A stretch of 64,000 nucleotides of DNA from Thecamonas trahens ATCC 50062. Its lineage: Eukaryota > Protista > Apusomonadida. Positions within the stretch are counted from its first letter, which is position 1; each line of letters opens with the position of its first letter. Under the pieces are notes generated by a model, which was not told the DNA's origin, searched no databases, and saw only the letters and a program-made list of their open reading frames with translations. The translations under genes were made by a program, and so were the position numbers. Shown piece after piece: positions 42,083 through 51,378 of this stretch. The DNA lies in the NCBI RefSeq assembly GCF_000142905.1, contig NW_013657672.1:77053-141052 (forward strand), in the 5' to 3' direction.

Positions 42083-42910
42083 CTACATCCGTACCATGAT
42101 GCCGACCAGGGAGAGAGTGAGCGCATTCAGGCGAGAAAGGAGAAGGGGGGCACCCCATACGTACTCGGGCTCGGTTTAGCCATGCAGCAGCCAGCAGCCA
42201 CACCGATGACTGCAAGCAGGTAACAGTCCCATGATGCCACACCACGCCCTTCCCTTGTCCCCCCCCCCGNNNNNNNNNNNNNNNNNNNNNNNNNNNNNNN
42301 NNNNNNNNNNNNNNNNNNNNNNNNNNNNNNNNNNNNNNNNNNNNNNNNNNNNNNNNNNNNNNNNNNNNNNNNNNNNNNNNNNNNNNNNNNNNNNNNNNNN
42401 NNNNNNNNNNNNNNNNNNNNNNNNNNNNNNNNNNNNNNNNNNNNNNNNNNNNNNNNNNNNNNNNNNNNNNNNNNNNNNNNNNNNATCCCCCCCCCCCGTT
42501 ACTGCCGGTTGTAAACACATCAATCGTCGACGATGGTGATGGGACAGGGACAAGCATGGCCGACTCGCCCCTGATTGTGGCGATGATAACGCAGTGAAAG
42601 TAGCCCCCCCCCCTCCCCCCCTCCCCCCTTCCTCGAGGTCATCTTGTTACCTAAGGTCGTCGCCCCAGAGGCCGCAGCTGTCCTTATCAGGTGGTAGTGG
42701 TCTCATTGACCACGTCACTTGTGGTCATCCGCTGCCGAAGCTATGCTCCAGCCATTCTGCGGCATCATGTTTGCCCATGGAACACACATCATCGGTTCCG
42801 ATTGACTACCTCCTGTCATGTGTGTGAACCATCCCAGTGCCATGTCTATCCAGCTCCGCCATCAGGTTCCTGAAGGTACACCGATCAGTCCCCTTCAACA
42901 GCAACAGCTG

Positions 42911-43133
42911 CATCGGCTACATCGGCTACATCGGCTACATCGGCTACATCGGCTACATCGGCTACATCGGCTACATCGGCTACATCGGCTACATCGGCTA
43001 CATCGGCTACATCGGCTACATCGGCTACATCGGCTACATCGGCTACATCGGCTACATCGGCTACATCGGCTACATCGGCTACATCGGCTACATCGGCTAC
43101 ATCGGCTACATCGGCTACATCGGCTACATCGGC
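42911..43133. repeat. Perfect 9-bp minisatellite (CATCGGCTA), about 24 copies
   Basis: Read directly from the sequence; it explains the spurious HRL/IGY/ADV repeat ORFs. Confidence 0.97.
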
Positions 43134-43373
43134 AACTCTCTGTATCCCATCCACCGACTCCATGATCACACCAGTGTGTCATCTGTGGGTATGAGCCAAT
43201 GAAGTGAACCCACAATCGCGAGCAAAAGGGTGGGCGACGAGGGCGACGAGGGCGACGAGGGCGACGAGGGCGAGTCGAGCGCCGAGACGGCGGCCCGCCT
43301 GCCCTCAACCTCCCTGACCACCCTGGTTGACGCACCCATCCACACTTCACGCACGCTGAGTACGTGTGGGCAC

Positions 43374-45694
43374 ATGGGTCGCAGAAGACGGAAGAAGGCA
43401 GCGGGCAAGGGCAGCAGGGGCTACGCCACCACCTCGCTGGCTTCGGCGGACAAGACGGACAAGACAGACTCGGCGGTGCCGAAGGCTGTGCAGATCGCAT
43501 CTGACGTGACGGCTGGGAATGCTGAGCCGCCAGCGGCTGATGACGGCGCGACAGAGCTCGACGAGAAGCGATGTCGGCATCTGGCGACGGTGCGGACAAA
43601 GGTGATGCGCCGTAAGCTGCCGCATGCAGCTCTGGACTCGTGCCTCTCGTGTGGCACCCAAGGTGCCGAGCTGTGGATCTGTCTGTGGTGTGCTCAGTTG
43701 GGTTGTGGCCGCGCTGCGTCGGGCTGTGCGCTGCAGCACGCCCAGTCAGCGGGAGCAAGCACGTGCTTGTTCTGTCATGCTCGTCGCTGATGGTCTGGTG
43801 CTACGGGTGTGATGCAGAGGTTGGGCTGCTTCCCGACCGCGCTCTGCACGAGGCCCGCGCGCTTGTCCGCCGATACGCAGGGCTCGGTGACCACGTCATG
43901 GATCCGTCGGCGACTAACAGCGATGTGCAACTGCCTGCAGTCAATGCTGCCCCACCAGCGCTCAAAGGCAAGCGCAACAGCGGTCACGCCCGTTCAGCGC
44001 CTGGCAAGATCTCGTGGTGGGACGGTGGCGTCGAGTGCGGCGCCACCAAGGCCAAGCCCAAGGCCAAGCCGCGGCGGAACACCGCCGGCAAGCGCGGCCG
44101 ACTCAAGGGCGTTGCGCCCGGCATGTGCGGCATCCCCAACATTGGCAACACATGCTTCTTCAACTCGGTCCTGCAGACGCTCGCCCAAATGCCGCCGCTT
44201 GTCGCCGGGTTGGTGATCACTCCGCGGCCTGCTGGCATTGCTGGCCTGCTCAGCGACGTGCTGCGGACCATGTGGAAGCCCTCTAGTGGCAGCCCAAACC
44301 CACGCAAGCTCTTTGGCGCCATCTGTGGTCTTGCGCCGCAGTTCAGAGGTTTTGGTCAGCAGGATGCCCACGAGCTGTTACGGGTCCTGGTTGATGGCTT
44401 GCGCGACGAGTCTGACGTGCGTCCGCCACTAGTGGACACTGTCTGGCGCGGGGAAATGGTCTCGGTAGTCATCTGCGATGTCTGCGCTGTCCCTTCGCTC
44501 CGGCGCGAGCCGCTGTACGACATCTCGCTGCCGGTGGGCAAGCCGAGGGCCGCAGCCACCCGCCCCCACTCTGGCTACGTTGCCGGGGCGGGCTACGGCG
44601 CCGCGTCCAGCTCGCGCCGTGGTAAGCGCAAGAACAAGCGTAAGAACAAGCGTCGCGGACAAGGGCTGGCTGTCGACGACTGGTACAACCCGCTTGAGTC
44701 GGCCATCCCCGATCGCGCTGCAGCCACAGAGCAGGCTGCTGTGCCCGGCCACGATGCGCTCTCGGGCGAGCTCTCCGGCTTTCGCGACGGGACGGGTCCT
44801 GACATCGACCACTACGTCGGCCCAGGTGTTGCCGGCTCTGTCAGCTTTCATCGCCTCCCGCCTGAGCTGGCGGCGGCGGCAAGCGCGACGCCAATCACCC
44901 TCGAGGGCTGCCTGGCTGCTTTCGCCGCAGTCGAGACGCTCGATGCCGCCAATCGCTACGCCTGCTCCGCATGCACCAAGGCCAAGCTGGGTAGTATCGA
45001 GGCCGAGCGCGGCGAGCCGCTCCCGCAGCAGGTCTGGCGCAAACGCCGGGTCTTCCAGACCGCTCTCAAGCAGCTGGTCCTCACACGCCTTCCGCCTGTC
45101 CTCATTCTGCATCTGAAGCGGTTCGATCAGTCGCGCGGCCGCATGGCCAAGCTTGGCGCACACGTGGTCTTCCCTCCCATTCTTGACATGGCTCCGTTTG
45201 TGGCAAGCGATCTGCCCCACGTCGACGCAGTCGAGCTCGCGCACTCGTCATCCTCTGACAGCTCGGCGTCGAACGATGACGATGACGCCACCGCACATGA
45301 CGACGCGCCGCTGACCTACGCCCTCGTCGGGATTGTCGTCCACAGCGGCTCACTCCACGGCGGCCACTACGTGGCTTACGTCCGCCACTCGGACGCCATC
45401 GCGACCGCGCAGCGAAGGTCCGACTCGAATGCTGCCGATCCAAGTGTCGACAGCGAGCCGAGAACCCGCAGCCAGTGGCTGGCTTGGTTGCACGCCTCGG
45501 CCTGGCTGTATGTCTCGGATTCATCGGTCTCACTCTCGAGCCTCGACGACGTGCTGCGGCAGCAGGCGTATCTCCTAGTTTACGAGCGGATTGAGTGTGC
45601 GCCCGAGCCTGTACCCGGACCCAATGCTCAGCCGAGCGATGCATCGGAGACTTCCGACGTACCGGACGCCTCATCGCCGGCGCCTGTGACGTGA
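43374..45694 (+). CDS. Ubiquitin-specific protease with ZnF-UBP (USP16/USP45-like), interrupted by one frameshift near 43750
   Basis: The first frame gives MGRRRRKK...CRHL...CLSC...LWICLWCAQLGCGR...ALQHA. The -1 frame continues HVLVLSCSSLMVWCYGCDAEV, then the Cys box GIPNIGNTCFFNSVLQ, QQDAHELLR, LILHLKRF, and the His box VHSGSLHGGHYVAYV. Confidence 0.85.
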
Positions 45695-48600
45695 GTTGGA
45701 GCTCGAGGCGATTGTCGGAGCGAGGTCGTTGTCATCATCGTCGTCGTCATCCTGCCCGTCCTCCCCGCCGGTCAATTCGCTCTCCACGAGACCGAGTTCA
45801 CGGGAGAGGACCGAGATAATGTCGGCAAAGGTCGGACGCGCGGTTGGAACCTCGGCCCAGCACGCCTGCAGCATGTTGGCCCAGAGCCGCGGCATGGACT
45901 CGCCGATCGGCGGGCGAAGGCCGGCGGCGAGAACGCCGGCAGCAACCTGTGGCGCGGTGAGGTCGGCAAAGACGGGCGTGCGGGTGACAAGCTCCCACAT
46001 GGCGATGCCAAAGGCCCAAACATCGGCTGGAGGCCCGTGGTTGCCGCGAAGCGACTCGGGAGCCATGGCCTTGAGCGGACCCACAAACGTCGAACTGGTA
46101 GCCTCTCCCACGCTTGAAGCCTCGGCAAGAACCGTCTTGGAGAGCCCAAAGTCGGCGACCTTGATGGAGCCGCGCCCGGTCACCAACAGGTTGCGGAGCG
46201 CGAGGTCGCGATGAACGAGCCCCTCGGAATGAATGTGCATCATACCTGATGCCACCTCAAGCGCAATCTGAAACATGCGGTTGGCCGGAATGGTGACCTG
46301 GCCGTCGAAGACAAGCTTGTCGAGTGAGCCGCCCGAGCAGTACTCGGTGACCAGGTACAGTTCGCGGATGCCAGTCGGAAGGACAACTCCTGACATGCCC
46401 AGAAAGAGCACAATGTTTGGGTGGGCTTTGAGCCCGTGCATCGTCGCCACCTCGCGGAGAAAGGCGGCCATGTGGCGGCCGTCGACGGCAGCACGCAGGC
46501 GCTTGACCGCTACGTCGGCGCCGCGCCAGCTCCCCACATACACAACCCCAAACGCACCAGAGCCAATCTGGTCGCCGATGACAAGCTCGCCAAAGTCGAG
46601 TTGGGCCGCTCCTGCACTTGCGCCAAAGTCAACATCCTTCAGCTCGCCGTCGCTGCTGCTGCTTCTGGCGCTCGACGGACCGACGCCCGCGAGCTCGCGG
46701 CGGATTCGCGCCGCCACCCCGAGCGGGATGCTCGCGCCGCGCGCAAGTTCGGATGTCGAGAGCGCCTCCACTGCAGCGCCGTCGAGTTTCGCAGCGCGAA
46801 TAGCGTCAACGTGGATGGCAAGCTCGGGCTGGCCGACGCACCACGCCACCACTTGATCAACTGTCCACTTGGCAAGCGGCGCATCGGGCGTCGCCCCCAT
46901 AGTCACTGATGTGGCGCCTGGCGGCAGTCCAAGCATGGCGGCAGCCTGCGGGCACGGCACGACAGGGTCAAAGTACGCTCCATCGTGCCTGAGGTCGGAC
47001 CAGGGAATCGGGAGCTCAAAGCCTGCAGTACGGAACTGGGCCTCAGCGAAGAGCGCAAAGGCGCGCTCAAAGGCCGGGAATCGCGTACCGTCCCCGTGCG
47101 TCGTCCAGAACGTGCGCGGGTCGCCAGGCCACGCCGGTGGCGGAGTCGGCGACGCCACATCGTCGTGCCGCCACGCCGAGACAGGCACCACAAACGCCGC
47201 GAGATCATCGGCCCGCACGCCGGCCAGCGGGGTTGAGAACAGCACTAGGTCGCCATCGTTGGCAGAGAGTGTGACCCAGGCGTAGCCGCCGACTGGCATC
47301 AGTTCCGGCGTCGGCGGGATCTGGACTGCGTCCGATGAGCGCGCCAGCGCGTCAGCATGCTCGAGCAGCTGTCCAAAGTCGAGTTGGGCCTTATCACCGA
47401 CCTTGTGATCGGGCGCCAGACGTGCAACGCCACACTCGGCTGCCAGCACGTCGACGGGCGTTCCGGTCCACGCGTGTGCGTAGGCGATGACATAGGCTGT
47501 GAGCAGGGCCAAGTCGAACGGGTACTTGGTCGACTTGTCCATCCAGAACAGTGGATTCGAGCGAAGCGCTCCGGGCGGCCAGCGCGCACCCTCAACGCCG
47601 AGGTATGGGTGGAAAAGCCGCCGCCAGAGCTTGGTCAGCCACGGGGCATGGATCCAGGGCAGGATCCGGAACGTGATGGGACGGACGACGTAGTAGGCGG
47701 CGACCCGGTCTGCAAGTGTGTGGCGGGGATCAAACGGCGGCACGTCCATGTGTGGTGCCACCTTGGCTGACGACTGAAGCTTGAGGAGAAAGCACTCGTT
47801 GGCCAGGCGCAGCTCGCCCGGCTCGGCCACACCATATGCATCGCAGATCGGGTCCAGCACCTCGGGCACCCACATGAGCGGCGTCGTCAGGCCGTGGACG
47901 TAGACTATGCCGGACGAGCGCTCTCCAATTGTCAGCGGCTGTCGCACTTTGCGCACACCATCGTAAAACAAAACAGAGTCGTCGTCTGAGAAGAAAGCAG
48001 CCCGCTGGCCTGGATCGTGGAGACCGCCGAGCGTCGCCAGTGCTGCCCGCGACACCACACTCCCAGGCGTGGCAAAGTCGAAGATTGACAGCGCGTTCGA
48101 GCCCGAGCGTGAGGCGAGAAAGTCGAGATAGAGCTGAAAGTGAGCCTCGACCGTTGCCTTGGCCGCACGCGGCAGCACGTCCGAGACCACCACGTGGCCT
48201 TGGGTCCGGAATGCGGCGCGCTGCGCGTCGCTCAGCGCCCGCGCCGGCGGCAGCGTCGGAACCGCAAGCGGCACCCGTGCCGCTGCACTTGCCATCGGCG
48301 GCACCGGCGTGCCACCAAGGACGAGGCGGATCCACATCAGGGTCTCGCCCATGACGTTGGCCGAGCTTGGCGAGCCACCGGACCAGAACGACTCTGAGCG
48401 GAACGGCGACTTTGCAAGCGGCCGCGGTGCCGACGATAGCAGAGCCGCAGCGAGCGGTGGATGCTGCACATACAACGCAAGAAGGCCATCGCGCATGACA
48501 TTGACCCGTCGCAGCTTCCATGCCGCCTGCTGCGCCTCGCTCAGCGGGCGCTCGCGGCGGAGCTGGCGGGCGGCAGCAGCGAGCGTCCCAGCCTCGGCAG

Positions 48601-48859
48601 CATCACGGAGCAGGATCTGGACCGCCGGCACCGTGTCGTACTTGGTAGCTTGAAAGTAGTGCAATGCCGAAGAGTACCTCGCACCGCCGAGTGTAATGGC
48701 GATTCGGCATCGCGCCACATCAGGAAACACCGCCGCCACCGCCGCCGCCGCCTTCTCTGGCACCTGTGGCCAAGCCGAGGAGAGAAAGGCCCAGCCATTG
48801 ACCTTGCTGGTCGCGAAGAACAGCGTGTCGAGAACGAGTCCCTCATCCTCCTCAGCCAT
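45671..48859 (-). CDS. Multidomain protein: NADAR (YbiA-like) + PhyH-like 2OG-Fe(II) dioxygenase fold + SAM + tyrosine-kinase-like protein kinase
   Basis: NADAR: HYFQATKY, W...VMRDGL..YVQHPPLAAALLSSAPRPL, FWSGG, NVMGETLMWIR. PhyH: LSDAQRAAFRTQGHVVVSDVL, HMD, GDLVLF. SAM: WTVDQVVAW...LDGAAV...IPLG. Kinase: IGSGAFG, VAVK, HRDLALRN, DFG, MAPE, DVWAFG. Confidence 0.85.
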   Translation of the reverse strand: MAEEDEGLVLDTLFFATSKVNGWAFLSSAWPQVPEKAAAAVAAVFPDVARCRIAITLGGARYSSALHYFQATKYDTVPAVQILLRDAAEAGTLAAAARQLRRERPLSEAQQAAWKLRRVNVMRDGLLALYVQHPPLAAALLSSAPRPLAKSPFRSESFWSGGSPSSANVMGETLMWIRLVLGGTPVPPMASAAARVPLAVPTLPPARALSDAQRAAFRTQGHVVVSDVLPRAAKATVEAHFQLYLDFLASRSGSNALSIFDFATPGSVVSRAALATLGGLHDPGQRAAFFSDDDSVLFYDGVRKVRQPLTIGERSSGIVYVHGLTTPLMWVPEVLDPICDAYGVAEPGELRLANECFLLKLQSSAKVAPHMDVPPFDPRHTLADRVAAYYVVRPITFRILPWIHAPWLTKLWRRLFHPYLGVEGARWPPGALRSNPLFWMDKSTKYPFDLALLTAYVIAYAHAWTGTPVDVLAAECGVARLAPDHKVGDKAQLDFGQLLEHADALARSSDAVQIPPTPELMPVGGYAWVTLSANDGDLVLFSTPLAGVRADDLAAFVVPVSAWRHDDVASPTPPPAWPGDPRTFWTTHGDGTRFPAFERAFALFAEAQFRTAGFELPIPWSDLRHDGAYFDPVVPCPQAAAMLGLPPGATSVTMGATPDAPLAKWTVDQVVAWCVGQPELAIHVDAIRAAKLDGAAVEALSTSELARGASIPLGVAARIRRELAGVGPSSARSSSSDGELKDVDFGASAGAAQLDFGELVIGDQIGSGAFGVVYVGSWRGADVAVKRLRAAVDGRHMAAFLREVATMHGLKAHPNIVLFLGMSGVVLPTGIRELYLVTEYCSGGSLDKLVFDGQVTIPANRMFQIALEVASGMMHIHSEGLVHRDLALRNLLVTGRGSIKVADFGLSKTVLAEASSVGEATSSTFVGPLKAMAPESLRGNHGPPADVWAFGIAMWELVTRTPVFADLTAPQVAAGVLAAGLRPPIGESMPRLWANMLQACWAEVPTARPTFADIISVLSRELGLVESELTGGEDGQDDDDDDDNDLAPTIASSSNSRHRRRR

Positions 48860-49540
48860 CCCACACCTACACTGTCCACACTGCTGACGCCTCCCAGGGG
48901 GGGGTAGGCCGGTAAGGCCGCGACGGGGGGGGTGTCGAAGGCATGTCTGTGTGTGCCCCCGTGATCAGTGCGACTTGGCGAGGATTCGATCGGATCGGAT
49001 CGGGCCGACAGGGAAAATGACTGTTGGAACGATTGACTTGCACGGATCGAAATTGAGTAACACTTTTCTCTCTGTGGTTGAGTGCGTGATCCATCCCAGG
49101 TTCGCGACCTCACCACAGCAGACCCGACTTGCCCACACCCGAGACTTTGAACTCTTTGTTGTGTTCTGCAACCAAAGCTTGTGTCGTAGACTTGCTTGCT
49201 CACACGCTTACCTTCCCCGTCGTTGAACTTCTCTCTTCCTCTTGACTGAGCAAGGGTAGTTGCCTCGCGGTCTGTGTGTGCCTCCTTTCCCTCTGGACTT
49301 GCCTGCCCCTGTGATCCTTCCAAAGGCTTCCATCGGCTGCAAGTGCAAAGGCGACTCGACGGTCTCTCGCACTCTCTCGGCTCGTGCTCTCATCCTGGTC
49401 TAGGCACTTTGCCTTTTTTCCGGTTGCACGACAAGCTTGTCTCGTTTGTGGGCAAGTCGGATCTCCCCCCCCTCCCCTTCTCTCTCCTCTCTTCCTCTTC
49501 TTTTCGTCTTTGAGGTACTACTGGGCACACGGTGGAAGCC

Positions 49541-50947
49541 ATGTCCAACTCAAAGCACAGCCGTGCTCTCCCTCTGCCGTTATACGTTGCGTTGGCGCGC
49601 GAGGCAGCAGCGTTTGCGACTGACCAGCTGGCGCACAGCTCGCAGGTGCGGATGGCGGCGTTCCGGCCGAGCCCGGCGCTCGAGGCCCAGCTTGACCTGG
49701 TTGTCGAGCCGCGCGATGCCATGCCGGAGTCGTTTGAAGAGCATTCCGGCAAGCTGATGGTCATGTTTGTGAAGAAGCCATCCGAGCAGCGTGTGGTCCG
49801 TGCCAAGGCCTGGGCTTCGCCGCGCGGCTTCAAGTCTCTCAAGAACGAGAACGCTGACATTGCCTCGTCGTACCGCCACCGCCGCGACAAGGCCTGGTCG
49901 TACAAGAGCTACCGCAAGCTTGTCGACGCCGGCGATGACGGCGACGGCGTGCCTGCGGTTGTGGTCTTGCATGTCGTCCAGCGGAACGGGGTCTCCGGGA
50001 CCGGCCGGCTTCCGCCCATGGTGGGGCCATCATCGTCGTCATCGTCGTCGTCGTCGTCGCGGTCGAAGAAGGCTTCGAAGAAGGCCTCCAAGAAGACCTC
50101 CAAGAAGAAGTCCCCGCTCCCGCTCCCGCTCCCGCTCCCCATCCCTAGCTGGAGTCGGACCCCGGACGGTCTCCCGCTGCCCGTTCCTCTCCCGGCGCCC
50201 GCACTCCCGGCGCCCACACTCCCGGCGCCCGCACTCCCGGCGCCCGCACTGCCGGCGCCCGCACTGCCGGCACCCCAACCGGTGGTCGCCGCCTCGGCCC
50301 CGGTCGCTGACATGCTTCCAGTGACCCTGCAGGGTGGGCCGGGCAACCTCGATGTGTTCGAGTTCCCGAGCCTGGATCTCAGCCAGCCTCCAGTGTCGAC
50401 CATTGATGACGAGGTCCCGATTTCGCCGCGCAGCATGTTCCGCTTTTGCCACATGTCGTCGCCGCCGCCGTCGCCGCCGCCGTCGCCGCCGCCGCCGTCG
50501 TCCTCGATGCCACGCCCGCTGGTGCGCGGCCCACTGCCGGAGGGCCTGCTGGAGGCTGCGCGCAAGCCGCTCCGGCCCACCGTCTCGTTGCCTGCGACCG
50601 ACAAGCTCGACGCTGCTGCGCACGATATGCTGCTCGCACAGGGAATGTCGCCGCGCTCGTTGTCAGACATGGCGCTCGGGCCAGCCAAGGCTGGAGCTTG
50701 TCCCGCCGCCTTTCCGCCGCTGGGCATCAAGCCGGTCCACCAGGCGCTCCGCGAGTCCAAGCTCGACCAGCTCGTCGAGGGTTTTGCGACCGCTCGGACT
50801 GGCATCCAGTTCCCGCACCGGCGCATGCTCCGCCTTGACCCCACACTCCTGCTCGGTTGCGACGACTCGTCGCTGGGCAACCCCACGAGCCCGCTTGACG
50901 CCGGCTCGTGGGCGATGGATGTTGTCCTCTCGCCGCGGCAGTTTTAG
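49541..50947 (+). CDS. Hypothetical protein with a basic N-terminal globular region and Pro-rich disordered tail (possible transcription factor)
   Basis: 468-aa ORF from ATG 49541 with typical codon usage, a KKASKKASKK NLS-like stretch and PAPAL repeats. Confidence 0.65.
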   Translation: MSNSKHSRALPLPLYVALAREAAAFATDQLAHSSQVRMAAFRPSPALEAQLDLVVEPRDAMPESFEEHSGKLMVMFVKKPSEQRVVRAKAWASPRGFKSLKNENADIASSYRHRRDKAWSYKSYRKLVDAGDDGDGVPAVVVLHVVQRNGVSGTGRLPPMVGPSSSSSSSSSSRSKKASKKASKKTSKKKSPLPLPLPLPIPSWSRTPDGLPLPVPLPAPALPAPTLPAPALPAPALPAPALPAPQPVVAASAPVADMLPVTLQGGPGNLDVFEFPSLDLSQPPVSTIDDEVPISPRSMFRFCHMSSPPPSPPPSPPPPSSSMPRPLVRGPLPEGLLEAARKPLRPTVSLPATDKLDAAAHDMLLAQGMSPRSLSDMALGPAKAGACPAAFPPLGIKPVHQALRESKLDQLVEGFATARTGIQFPHRRMLRLDPTLLLGCDDSSLGNPTSPLDAGSWAMDVVLSPRQF

Positions 50948-51378
50948 CTGCTCGTAGCCCATGTTCTCCGCCCCCCACCCCGCCCTCCTCCTCCTCCTCC
51001 TCCTCCTCCTCCGCCTCTTCTCTCCACCGGCTGTTGTCGTCACTCTGTGCTGCCACCCCACCTCCCCGCCCGTCCACTCCATTCCGCTGCCACATCCACA
51101 CACATACGGACACACACACACGCACACACATGCATCGGCACGTGTCGGTCGTCGGTCGTTGTATCCGCCTCGCCTCGCGGTCGCCAAGAGTGCCCGCGCG
51201 CTCCACGCCATCTCCCTGGCGCGGGGTTCGCGGCCTCGTCACTGGTGTGCCTCCGAGCCCGCGCTCATTGTCACCCCCCACTGTAATCTGGACATCATCA
51301 AATAAGCGCAATTTTCCAAAGCCTTCCTCTCGTCCCCTCATCTTAACCTCCACCCCACGAGTGGGCCCAACTTTACCT

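Noticed and set aside
42818-43202. HRL/IGY/ADV/CSR repeat ORFs
   Set aside because: Artefacts of the stop-free 9-bp repeat.
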